21,610 bases of DNA from Candidatus Scalinduaceae bacterium (GCA_046759445.1 JBHICG010000061.1:1-21610); one strand, 5' to 3'. Positions 1 through 9,166 are shown, counted from the stretch's first letter. The notes: generated by a model not told the origin, from the sequence alone. A program made the numbers and translations.

Positions 1-82
1 TAAAACCTTTGATAGTCTCACTGGTAAAACCAGTGGCTTACCTATCAATGAGTTAGAAAAATAAACCCCACGCACCTTTGTT

Positions 83-908
83 TTATATAATATCCTCCCA
101 CTCCCAAATATGACCTGTAATTCTTGCTGCCATCGCAGGTGTACATCTTAATGATTTATGAATCCTCATAAAATTGTAATGAGTAAAATGCAAGGCTAAG
201 GCTACTTTTAAGTTTGTAATTTCTTTGAAAATCCATTTGTCAGCCTTGTAAGCCTTCTCATCTGCATCCTCATTGTCAAGTTTTGTCGCTCAACATAAGA
301 AGTTGAAATATATTTGGGATTAGGCTTTCCATTAATAATCGTGGATAATACTCCTTTGATTTTCGATGGGGAATACCTCCTGAATCAGAATTACCACCTG
401 TATAAATTTTAATTAGTTGAGCAAAATCTACATCACCCCCAAAAGCCATATTAACGGCATCAGGATATGCCAACCATCCATCACTAGTTAATTGAATTCT
501 GCCATTGTTTTTAAGTTTGTATTTCAAATTAGAAATAAATTTAACATCAGTTTTCTTATCTCTTTTACCAACCTCAAAGGTAGGCACAAGCTTTGACTCT
601 GCATCTATAGCAATAAAAACATATTGATCTCCAAATAAACCAGTTAGCTTTTCCTCTTTTGATAACTTCTTCTCTTTCTTTAAGACATAACACCAAATCT
701 CGTCTACTTGAATATATTTACTATGGAAATCCTTAACATAATGTTTTAACAAGAATTCACATTTAGAACCTATATCAACTAAAAGTCTTAATATAATATC
801 TCGATGACAACCTGTCATTCTTTCGGTTGATCTAATCGAGCTACCTTCGACTAACGCATTCAAGATTTGTATTTTCTTTTCTAATTTGTACTGCACCCCT
901 TTTATCAA
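83..908 (-). pseudogene. IS1-family (single long ORF type) DDE transposase with two frameshifts
   Basis: The ORF has LVEGSSIRSTER (HTH), QVDEIW and LTSDGW. After a shift near 375 it continues RYSPSKIKG...[30 protein letters not shown]. After a second shift near 213 it continues [43 protein letters not shown], with a stop at 83-85. The start codon is uncertain. Confidence 0.88.
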
Positions 909-949
909 GAATCCAATTTAAAACAAAAATTTGGTTAGAAATTTTTGAG

Positions 950-978
950 TTGACTTTTGGTGGCGGCCTAGGCATAAT
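950..978 (+). promoter_or_regulatory. sigma70-type promoter
   Basis: TTGACT (950-955), a 17-nt spacer, then CATAAT (973-978). Confidence 0.6.
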
Positions 979-984
979 ATTAAC

Positions 985-1088
985 TAAACCACCACAAAAA
1001 AAGGCTGTTTTTATGATTACCATTCGTGAGACTCCTTTTTTAGTGGTTTTTAATGGCGTAGGGAGCTACAACTCCTTACGCCTTTTTT
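985..1088 (+). ncRNA. Candidate ~105-nt structured sRNA
   Basis: It lies between the promoter at 950-978 and the terminator at 1055-1088. Internal stem: AAACCAC (986-992)...AAAAAAGG (997-1004) pairs with CCTTTTTT (1034-1041)...GTGGTTT (1043-1049). Confidence 0.45.
1055..1088 (+). terminator. Rho-independent terminator
   Basis: GGCGTAGGGAG-ctacaa-CTCCTTACGCC forms an 11-bp stem with one G:U pair and is followed by T6. The T-run is on the + strand only. Confidence 0.75.
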
Positions 1089-1094
1089 ATTGGT

Positions 1095-1652
1095 TTATTC
1101 TTCTTCTTTCGTTGTTTCTGTTTGGCTCTCTTCTTCAGACTGCGTTTTTTCTGAATTTAATCTTCCATTATTTTCTTGATTATTAGTTTCATTGCTAGTA
1201 ATTCTTCGCCTCCTTCTCCTTTTTATGTGAGGGTAAAATTCAACCAAACCGAAATAGTCATTCCCTACTTTTGCAATTTCCATAGTGCTTCTTGCAAGAG
1301 AAATACGAAACTCAATCGCTGATTCTACTTGACAACCACCACGCTCTATTCCGTCTCTTATTTCATCGATATGTAAAGCTCGCCCCATCTTTTTTAAATA
1401 CTTTTTAGCAGCTTCAAGTGGAGTCAAGCCATAAAATTCATCAGGACTAACTATAGCCCCTTCACTATTCTGGCTGAGCCCAAAAGCTTGGGCAAGCGAC
1501 GTTTTTGGTTCACCAATACAATCCTCTAGAGAGTTAATAGCTTGATGAATCTTAAACATTTCAACCATCCTCGAATCAGCTTTAATTTCTTCAATTATTT
1601 CTGCAAGCCTCTTTCTAAGCTCTTTGATTGACTCCAATATTTTTTCATTCAT
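1095..1652 (-). CDS. Coiled-coil plus winged-HTH (HARE-HTH-like) protein
   Basis: Strong RBS (AGGGGAGGAG). Heptad-rich N-terminus, then FYGLTPLEAAKKYL...LHIDEI...GG...YFGLVEFYP (resembles HARE-HTH/RpoE delta), an Arg run and an acidic tail. Confidence 0.7.
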   Translation of the reverse strand: MNEKILESIKELRKRLAEIIEEIKADSRMVEMFKIHQAINSLEDCIGEPKTSLAQAFGLSQNSEGAIVSPDEFYGLTPLEAAKKYLKKMGRALHIDEIRDGIERGGCQVESAIEFRISLARSTMEIAKVGNDYFGLVEFYPHIKRRRRRRITSNETNNQENNGRLNSEKTQSEEESQTETTKEEE

Positions 1653-1922
1653 TTTAGCTCCTCCCCTTTCAATAAATGTTAATGCGAATTCTACTAAAAA
1701 AATTTATCATTTTCAAGAAGAAAAGTATCATAATTTATAAAAATATTGTATATTTCTTAACTACTTGTTATATATGAAGATGTATCATTACAAAAATGCA
1801 TTTTGATAGTGTTATTTTTAAAATATGATAAGTTTTCATACTCCAAATTTAGTTATTATTAGAAGTAAAACCAGTTTTCAAGATTTTAGTAATATCAATA
1901 TATTGTAGACTCATTCTTTTGC

Positions 1923-1951
1923 TTGACTATATATTGATATGGTGATATAAA
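1923..1951 (+). promoter_or_regulatory. Putative promoter of the R-M operon
   Basis: TTGACT (1923-1928), a 17-nt spacer, then an extended -10 TGa-TATAAA (1946-1951). RBS AAGGA precedes the ATG at 1972. Confidence 0.55.
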
Positions 1952-1971
1952 GGCATATAAATAAAGGAAAA

Positions 1972-3288
1972 ATGATGAAAACAAAAGAGAAACAATTAAA
2001 AAATCAATTAATTCTATTAAATGGCGAAATTCCTGTTGACCTTCCGCTTAATACATTTATTTCAATAAATCGAAATTCACCTGAAAAGGTTTATGGACTT
2101 GGTTTTCAGCCTGCCAAATCAATACCCGAAATCCCTCGTTGGTTTTTACAAAAATATTTATCAAAAGATTCGGTTATTTTAGAGCCATTTGCAGGGAGTG
2201 GCACAACGATAATTGAGACATTGAAATATGGATATTCAATCTATTGGTTAGATTATAATCCGTTGAGCAAATTAATTTGTAGAGTTAAAACGTCATTTTT
2301 TGATTGTATAAAAGCAAAAAAATTATCAGGAAAACTTATCTGTAAATCAAAGAAACAAAAGTTTCATAAAGATACTGTAAACTTTTCAAACAAAGAATTT
2401 TGGTTTCAAAAGCCAGTTATTGAAATGTTAGAAATATTAAAAGAGAATATCATTCTTTTAGATAAAAACATACAACCTCTGTTTTGGTTAGCATATTCAC
2501 ATACAGTTAGAAAGGTATCCAATATGAATGACAGTATGATCTTAGCTGCTCGTCGTCCTAATGTGGCTGATGTTCCTAAAAGGACAAGAGAAGATGTGTT
2601 ATACTATTTTGAAAATTATCTTATTAGAACAATAAATGCTATTGCAGAATGGAATTATATGCTAAATGGAAATCTAAAGAAAGCAAATGAAGTCAAATAT
2701 TGTGATGCACTAGAATTGAAAGGACGGTGGAAATGTGATGCAGTTATTACATCTCCCCCATATATTAATGCAATTGATTACGTTTGGGCATCAAAATTTG
2801 AGCTTCATTGGTTGGGATTTGTTAAAAGTAATGAAGATAGATTAGATTTATATTCAAAAGAAATTGGAACAGAAAGAATACCAAGTAAAGAATTTAAAGA
2901 ACTTGGTAAGACGGGGTATGATTATATTGACAAACTATTAGAGAATATTTATGTGGGTAAATATTATCAAGCTTCAAAAGGACAAAATCATTTGCGAGCA
3001 AGGGTAGTTTACAAATACTTTAAAGACATGAAGAATCATTTGATTTCTTGTTATAATAAATTAAACAATAAAGGATATTATTGTTTCACAATTGGTGATT
3101 TTAGTATGATTTGCGGTGTCCAAATACCTGTAGCAAGCTTATTAAGTAAAATTGCACAAGAAATTGGTTATAAAGAAATATTTAGATTCCATTTACTCTT
3201 AAGGAACAGAAAGTTAAATATTCCGAGAAATGTTGATTGGGCAAATACCATAAAGTATGATACAACCATTGTTTTAGAAAGGAATTAA
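1972..3288 (+). CDS. N4-cytosine-type DNA methyltransferase, alpha-class motif order
   Basis: Motif X-like FQPAKSIP and motif I EPFAGSGTT are N-terminal. Catalytic motif IV TSPPY lies downstream. Confidence 0.9.
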   Translation: MMKTKEKQLKNQLILLNGEIPVDLPLNTFISINRNSPEKVYGLGFQPAKSIPEIPRWFLQKYLSKDSVILEPFAGSGTTIIETLKYGYSIYWLDYNPLSKLICRVKTSFFDCIKAKKLSGKLICKSKKQKFHKDTVNFSNKEFWFQKPVIEMLEILKENIILLDKNIQPLFWLAYSHTVRKVSNMNDSMILAARRPNVADVPKRTREDVLYYFENYLIRTINAIAEWNYMLNGNLKKANEVKYCDALELKGRWKCDAVITSPPYINAIDYVWASKFELHWLGFVKSNEDRLDLYSKEIGTERIPSKEFKELGKTGYDYIDKLLENIYVGKYYQASKGQNHLRARVVYKYFKDMKNHLISCYNKLNNKGYYCFTIGDFSMICGVQIPVASLLSKIAQEIGYKEIFRFHLLLRNRKLNIPRNVDWANTIKYDTTIVLERN

Positions 3289-3858
3289 TTGGTTCCTGAA
3301 CAGATAGATTTAAATCTAAATAAAATACTAAAACAATATAGTGAGTCTTTTTTATCTAAAAAATTTGGTGAAGAATCTTATGAAGTTGATGAGTTGATGC
3401 AAGTATACGGTTTAACTCAAGGAATAAAAAAGGAAAATAAGCAATATTGGGGGAGAGAATTAGGTATGTGTTGGCAATTATTGATTACAGAATTATTTCG
3501 TTTGACCTGTAAAGATTTTAAAGGCGCAATTAAAGATGGAAGTGATGAAATTTGTGATTTAGTTACGAAAAAAGATGCAATTGATACAAAATACAGAATT
3601 GGTTCTGGCGATTCAGGTACTTTAAAAAAGTTCAAACAATATGGAAAAAGAATAAAAGAGTTGGGATATAATCCTATTATTTTAATATTGAGGACGGATA
3701 ACTTGAAAGCAGCCATAACAGCTTGCCACACTGGAGGGTGGACAATTTTATCAGGTGAGAAAGCATATAAGTATATTACTAAGAAAACAGGCTTTGATCT
3801 GAAGAAATGGTTAAAATCAAAGAAAAATTTATATAAAGTACGCCACACCCTGCCATAA
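3289..3858 (+). CDS. Putative type II restriction endonuclease (PD-(D/E)xK)
   Basis: The TTG start abuts the MTase stop, with RBS GAAAGGA inside the MTase end. It has an ICDLV...AIDTKYRIG motif and sits next to the MTase. Confidence 0.75.
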   Translation: MVPEQIDLNLNKILKQYSESFLSKKFGEESYEVDELMQVYGLTQGIKKENKQYWGRELGMCWQLLITELFRLTCKDFKGAIKDGSDEICDLVTKKDAIDTKYRIGSGDSGTLKKFKQYGKRIKELGYNPIILILRTDNLKAAITACHTGGWTILSGEKAYKYITKKTGFDLKKWLKSKKNLYKVRHTLP

Positions 3859-3924
3859 AGGGATAACTCCCAAAGATTATGTTCTCGAAAAATGCAAAGA
3901 GTGTCAACTCATTCCTTAACTTCA

Positions 3925-3944
3925 TTTCAAATTAGGACACTACC
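3925..3944 (-). repeat. Probable terminal inverted repeat of the IS1-like element
   Basis: The reverse complement GGTAGTGTCCTAATTTGAAA resembles GGTAGTGT... termini recalled for this IS1 subgroup. The partner end is not in the window. Confidence 0.55.
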
Positions 3945-4327
3945 ACATTTTAACATTTCTTGTATCTGACTGATTTAGTGTCTATAATTAAATTATCTTT
4001 ATATTTTATTGACATGAAAAACTGATTTGCTAACATAAAGCCGCTTATCAATCAAGTTCCATGTGTTTTTGTTAATAGAGCACTCATTAAAAACATAATG
4101 TGTTTTTTCTATGACAACATGAACATTCTCACCAAAGAAAACCATTTGCATCGTTACAATAAACATACTCATAGACATGCAATATAATCTTAAAATTGCT
4201 GATATTATGCTACAAAAACTATAACCTGCAATCTATTTCAAGAAAAAAAATAAGAAGTAGTTAATTGATAAAATCCAACTATTAATTGCAGCAACATAAA
4301 AGAAAGACCGCTTGGGGGGAAATAATA

Positions 4328-5206
4328 ATGATACATCGATTTATTAATATCTATTTTAGTCGTACGTTTATAATAATCTTTGCTACAGGGGTGCTTTTGC
4401 TCTTTTTGAGTCTCTTATTCGAAACTGCTCTTTCACAGTTGTGGAGAACATTTTTACATGTCATTGGCATAGCATTTATAGCTGTTGCTCTTACTGCTCC
4501 CATCTCTGAATTTTTCCAATTTCAAACACTATCAAAATATATGGGAATACTTCGAGGTGCCCAGGATAGTGGAATAATCCATATTTATCAGTCTAGATTG
4601 GAAGATAGGGAATCCTTTCAGAAAACTGTAGAAAGTGAATTCGCTCAGAGCAATAAAGTCCTGCTGGTGGGTGTTGGGTTCCCTAGAATATTCCATAATC
4701 CACCTCTTCCTAAACCAATTGGTGAAAAAATGTTTAACCCCAATATTCCTATCAAAATCCTTTTGTTGGATCCTAAAGGTGACGCTGCACAGGAAAGAAC
4801 AAATATAGAAACTGGAAGGAAAACCAGGAATGATATTATAAGTTCTATTGAGAGTTTTCGACTAATTTTAAGGGAAAGGGCAAGAATTGTGGGTATAGAT
4901 ATAGATAGCAAGAATGTTGGTAGTGATGTTATTGAGAAAATAAAGATGGAAGTCCATCTTTATGATTTTGTACCTGTTGTTTTTATGATCATGACGCAGA
5001 GGAGTTTGCTCCTAGAACAATATAATTTCGGCCGATTACCCGATGCAATGCCAGGTGATTGTATAGGTGGCAGGATCCCCGTCATTCAGTTTGGTGCTCA
5101 TGCTTTAACCTACAAAATAATGGAACAGCATTTTAGCTATATTTGGGAAAATAAATCTACAGATATAACCATGCAATTATTAGTAAATACTGAAAATTCC
5201 TGCTAA
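4328..5206 (+). CDS. Two-TM membrane protein with a C-terminal PLD-like (DUF5919-like) domain; gene-cassette-like
   Basis: RBS GGGGGGA precedes ATG 4328. Two N-terminal hydrophobic helices. IKILLLDP...AAQER and EVHLYDFVPVVFMI...LLEQY are typical of DUF5919-like domains. The stop codon overlaps an attC R'' box. Confidence 0.65.
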   Translation: MIHRFINIYFSRTFIIIFATGVLLLFLSLLFETALSQLWRTFLHVIGIAFIAVALTAPISEFFQFQTLSKYMGILRGAQDSGIIHIYQSRLEDRESFQKTVESEFAQSNKVLLVGVGFPRIFHNPPLPKPIGEKMFNPNIPIKILLLDPKGDAAQERTNIETGRKTRNDIISSIESFRLILRERARIVGIDIDSKNVGSDVIEKIKMEVHLYDFVPVVFMIMTQRSLLLEQYNFGRLPDAMPGDCIGGRIPVIQFGAHALTYKIMEQHFSYIWENKSTDITMQLLVNTENSC

Positions 5207-5325
5207 CAATTCGCTCAACCTGACCGGAAACAGTGGTGTTAAACCAATCTTCCCTTATGGGTTGTGGTTTTGTCGTTCTTTCATAGCTAGTCTACTAATT
5301 CTGGCAGGTTAGCTTTGTCATAAGC
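5201..5325 (+). other. Degenerate integron attC site
   Basis: R'' TGCTAAC (5201-5207) contains the stop codon. L'' GCTCAACCTG (5213-5222) pairs with L' CAGGTTAGC (5305-5313) with one extrahelical base. R' has decayed to ATAAGCA. Confidence 0.65.
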
Positions 5326-5553
5326 AGAATTGCAACATCGACACTGCTCTAAGAAAAGCTCAAATTGATACGAGAATGTATTGTAAAGATAATAAATATT
5401 ATTTTGAAAATCCTTACTACAGGGCAGCATTTATTATTAAAATGAATTTTTTTTAATAGGTTAAAAAGGTCAATCATAAATGATTCGTCCAAAAAATTAG
5501 CATAAAGTAAAAAGTATATTGTCTAACCAGTGGTTCAAGGCTAGAGGCAAAAA

Positions 5554-6054
5554 ATGACCAAACCTGCACCTTTAATACTCTCCCATTGGTATCACAGCAT
5601 CGAAGACCTCCAGGAATCACCTCAAAAGTTTTATAAAAGCCTGGTAGAAGCAATTCTGCAGCGTAAAGTGCCAGACATAGAAATTTCCCGGATAGACTAT
5701 CGGGAGGGAGGCGTATTTTCGGCCAAGAGAGAATACCTCCGAGTTCAACGTAAAGAACATATCTTTGACATCTGTGCTGCCCCTTTTGGTAATGGGTTCT
5801 TTGTCTCGTGGTGGCTGGGTGAGAAAATCAGCACCTTCTGGAGTTTAATCCTAATGATTCCATTCTTTGGGATACGTATGATGAATTTTTTCCGTCCACA
5901 GACGTATTACCGGTATGACACAGCACTCATGTTTCAACAATCAATTTCTTCGGCTGTCCATGAGGTTATTGATGAAATAACCAAGGCTAAGGGCTTAAGG
6001 GTCATGTCAGAACTAGAAAAAAAGCCCATTCTCAGTAGTTTTTTCAAAAGATAA
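5554..6054 (+). CDS. Hypothetical protein, partner of the downstream ATPase
   Basis: RBS GAGG. Trp/aromatic-rich with one hydrophobic segment (FWSLILMIPFFGI). It ends 12 bp before the ATPase. Confidence 0.75.
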   Translation: MTKPAPLILSHWYHSIEDLQESPQKFYKSLVEAILQRKVPDIEISRIDYREGGVFSAKREYLRVQRKEHIFDICAAPFGNGFFVSWWLGEKISTFWSLILMIPFFGIRMMNFFRPQTYYRYDTALMFQQSISSAVHEVIDEITKAKGLRVMSELEKKPILSSFFKR

Positions 6055-6066
6055 GGTTTTAAGACA

Positions 6067-9000
6067 GTGAGCAATAGTACAGAGCTTAATTCATTTAACC
6101 CTACCCTTACGGAACAACTTACAGCCAATTTCTACAATTGGGAGAAATGGGGACGAGGTTGGCAGGTCTGGGAGTATCCGGTGGAACTGGAGCCAGCCTA
6201 TGAACCCTTCTTTCATCAACTTTCTATTCAGACTACAACTCCAGTGATTGATGACGGTCGAAGACCAACCTTTTTTAGTTCTTTAATTGAGAGGTTCTGG
6301 AAAAAACCTCCCGAGACATATGAAGACACCCTTTCTAATTCTCCAGAAGCATATACTGATCTGAAACCCCGTGCCTTTACAGACAACTCGGATATAAGAG
6401 AAATCAGGATATTCCTCTCACCAGATCAAAAGGTCAACTTTGAGAACGTAGAACAGTTTCTTCTGAATCTGAGCTGCTGCTCCCTGCCTATCAGTTTTGA
6501 GATCATAGGTTCAGAGGATTCCACTTCAGTTCAAATATCTTGTCGTAAACCGGATTTTCTCCAGGTCAGACAGCAGCTTCAAGCCTATTTCCCTGATGTT
6601 GCCGTTAATGAGGAAAGTGGTTTCCTGAATAGTTTATGGGATGTTGAAAGAGAGACAGTCATTGTTGATTTTGGACTCTCTCAGGAGTTCATGCGACCGC
6701 TGAGAACCTTTAAAAACTTCGAGACTGACATCTTGACTGGGATTATCGGATCACTTGAGAACCTTGATAAAGATGAAACAGGAATCCTTCAGATCCTCTT
6801 CCAGGCAGTTTACCACCCCTGGTCTGAGAGCATTATGAGATCAGTAACAGACTGGGAAGGACATTCCTTCTTTATTGATAGCCCAGAGATGGTTCACCTG
6901 GCCAAAGAAAAAGTGAGAAGGCCCCTCTTTGGTGTTGTTATCAGGGTGGCTGGCCAGAGTCCATCATCTGACAAGGCCTGGGAAATTGCCAAAGCCCTAG
7001 GAAGCGGCCTAAACCAGCTAACCAACCCCCAGAGCAATAAACTTATCCCTCTTACCAATGACGGTTATGACGACCTGAGCCACGAGAACGATGTGGTTAT
7101 ACGTCAGACCCACCGCAGTGGAATGCTCTTTAACAGCGAGGAGCTTGTTTCTATCGTCCATCTACCTTCTGTTTCAGTAAAGGCCAGAAAACTCGTTCGT
7201 GAACTGAAAAAGACAAAACTTGCTCCAGATATTGCTGTAGGTCATCAATTGAAACTTGGAGAAAACGTTCACCAGGGGAATAAGACGGTGGTTAGCTTAA
7301 GTACTGAACAGAGACTCAGGCATATGTATATTGTAGGTGCAACAGGCACTGGAAAGTCCACTTTGCTTTTAAACATGCTTATTCAGGACATCAACAGTGG
7401 TCTTGGAGTGGCAGTCCTTGATCCTCACGGGGATTTAATTGACAACGTTTTAGGGTATATTCCAGAAGAAAGGTTTGATGATGTTGTCCTCCTTGATCCT
7501 TCAGATGCCGATTATGCAGTAGGACTTAATATCCTCTCTGCTTATTCAGAGCTTGAAAAGAACGTCCTATCTTCAGATTTAGTGGACGTTTTCAGGAGGC
7601 TCTCAACCAGTTGGGGAGATCAAATGACCTCAATCCTTGGTAACGCCATCCTTGCTTTTTTGGAGAGCGAGAAAGACGGGACTCTGATAGATATGAGGCG
7701 ATTTCTTATAGAACCGGAATTCCGAAAGAGTTTCTTAGGGACGGTCAAAGACCAAGAGGTTGTTTATTACTGGCAGAAGGAATTCACTCTCTTAAGCGGC
7801 AAACCTTTAGGCCCAGTCCTTACCAGACTTAATACCTTTCTTCGACCAAAGCCCATTCGCTATATGGTTGCTCAAAAAGAGGGACTTAATTTTCAGGACA
7901 TCCTGGATAACAGGAAAATCTTCCTTGTAAAGCTAAGTCAGGGCCTTATTGGTGAGGAGAATGCCTATCTCTTAGGCGCCCTTTTAGTCTCAAAACTCCA
8001 CCAGATCACCATGGCCAGACAAGCAAAGAAGCAGGAAGAAAGAGAAAATTTCTATCTCTATTTAGATGAGTTTCAAAACTTTATCACACCGTCAATGGCA
8101 GCTATCCTATCAGGCGCGAGGAAATACCACCTTGGTTTAGTCTTGGCTCATCAGGAGTTGCGCCAGCTATGGAATCAGGATACTGAGGTTGCAAATTCGG
8201 CAATTTCAAACCCGGGCACTCGTATTTGTTTCCGTTTAGGGGACTTTGATGCACGAAAACTTGAAGACGGGTTTTCTTTCTTTGATGCCCAGGACTTACA
8301 AAATCTTGGGGTTGGAGAGACAATCTGTAAGGTTGAACGAACTGAATATGATTTTAACCTGAATACACCACCCTTGCCTGAAATAAAGCCTGATCTTGTT
8401 AGAGAAAGACAGAGAAAAATAATTGAGCTTTCACGTAAAAAATACAGCCTACCAAGAGAGGAAGTGGAAGCTAAGCTGGCTAAAGACAAAAGATGGACTT
8501 TTGTACCTCCTAAACCTTCTCCTGAAGAGGTAGAAGTACCAGTAAGAGAGGAAGAAAAATCAGCTAAGGTAGAAGCTCCAGTAGAAAAAGAATCGTATGT
8601 GCGTACTAAGAAGGAAAAACCAAAAGTGAAGGTGCCAGCACTTCAGGGCAGAGGTGGTGCGCAACACAAGTATCTCCAGAATTTAATTAAGCGTATGGCC
8701 GAAGAAAAAGGTTACAGGGCTATAATTGAGCAGCAGACACCAGACGGTAAGGGAATGGTTGATGTGGGACTTGAAAGTGATGGTAAGAAGATTGCCTGTG
8801 AGATTTCTTTGACCTCAACGGATGAGCAGGAGTTAGGAAACATAGAAAAATGCATAAAGGCTGGTTATGACAAGGTTATTCTGTGTTCGCCTGAAAAAAG
8901 AACCTTGGAGAAGGTAAAGACATTGGCTCTTCAAAGGCTAAAAAAGCCCGATCAGGAGAAGATATTATTCTTCCAACCTGAAGAACTCTTCTTTTATTTA

Positions 9001-9162
9001 GAAAAAGAAGCTGCTGCTAGTGCAGGTAAGGAAGAGAGGGTTAAAGGTTACAAGGTGAAGGTTAATTACCAGCCAGTTTCCGAAGTTGAGAAAAAGTTAA
9101 AGCGGGAAGCACTAGCCAAGGTTATCATCAAGGGTATTAGAAGGCAGAAGGATAAGACGTGA
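6067..9162 (+). CDS. VirD4/TraD/TrwB-like (FtsK-HerA superfamily) ATPase with a C-terminal PD-(D/E)xK-like domain
   Basis: Walker A HMYIVGATGTGKST, VLDPHGD, Walker B LYLDEFQNF and ARKYHLGLVLAHQ. A P/E/K-rich linker leads to a C-terminal QHKYLQ...MVDVGL...IACEIS domain. Confidence 0.85.
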   Translation: MSNSTELNSFNPTLTEQLTANFYNWEKWGRGWQVWEYPVELEPAYEPFFHQLSIQTTTPVIDDGRRPTFFSSLIERFWKKPPETYEDTLSNSPEAYTDLKPRAFTDNSDIREIRIFLSPDQKVNFENVEQFLLNLSCCSLPISFEIIGSEDSTSVQISCRKPDFLQVRQQLQAYFPDVAVNEESGFLNSLWDVERETVIVDFGLSQEFMRPLRTFKNFETDILTGIIGSLENLDKDETGILQILFQAVYHPWSESIMRSVTDWEGHSFFIDSPEMVHLAKEKVRRPLFGVVIRVAGQSPSSDKAWEIAKALGSGLNQLTNPQSNKLIPLTNDGYDDLSHENDVVIRQTHRSGMLFNSEELVSIVHLPSVSVKARKLVRELKKTKLAPDIAVGHQLKLGENVHQGNKTVVSLSTEQRLRHMYIVGATGTGKSTLLLNMLIQDINSGLGVAVLDPHGDLIDNVLGYIPEERFDDVVLLDPSDADYAVGLNILSAYSELEKNVLSSDLVDVFRRLSTSWGDQMTSILGNAILAFLESEKDGTLIDMRRFLIEPEFRKSFLGTVKDQEVVYYWQKEFTLLSGKPLGPVLTRLNTFLRPKPIRYMVAQKEGLNFQDILDNRKIFLVKLSQGLIGEENAYLLGALLVSKLHQITMARQAKKQEERENFYLYLDEFQNFITPSMAAILSGARKYHLGLVLAHQELRQLWNQDTEVANSAISNPGTRICFRLGDFDARKLEDGFSFFDAQDLQNLGVGETICKVERTEYDFNLNTPPLPEIKPDLVRERQRKIIELSRKKYSLPREEVEAKLAKDKRWTFVPPKPSPEEVEVPVREEEKSAKVEAPVEKESYVRTKKEKPKVKVPALQGRGGAQHKYLQNLIKRMAEEKGYRAIIEQQTPDGKGMVDVGLESDGKKIACEISLTSTDEQELGNIEKCIKAGYDKVILCSPEKRTLEKVKTLALQRLKKPDQEKILFFQPEELFFYLEKEAAASAGKEERVKGYKVKVNYQPVSEVEKKLKREALAKVIIKGIRRQKDKT

Positions 9163-9166
9163 AAAA

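Noticed and set aside
19..35. Hairpin CACTGGT-aaa-ACCAGTG
   Set aside because: Short, has no T-run, and lies inside a probable ORF tail. Likely chance.
841..1186. ORFs 841..1023 (-) and 950..1186 (+)
   Set aside because: No RBS or recognisable motifs. They overlap the promoter, terminator and real genes.
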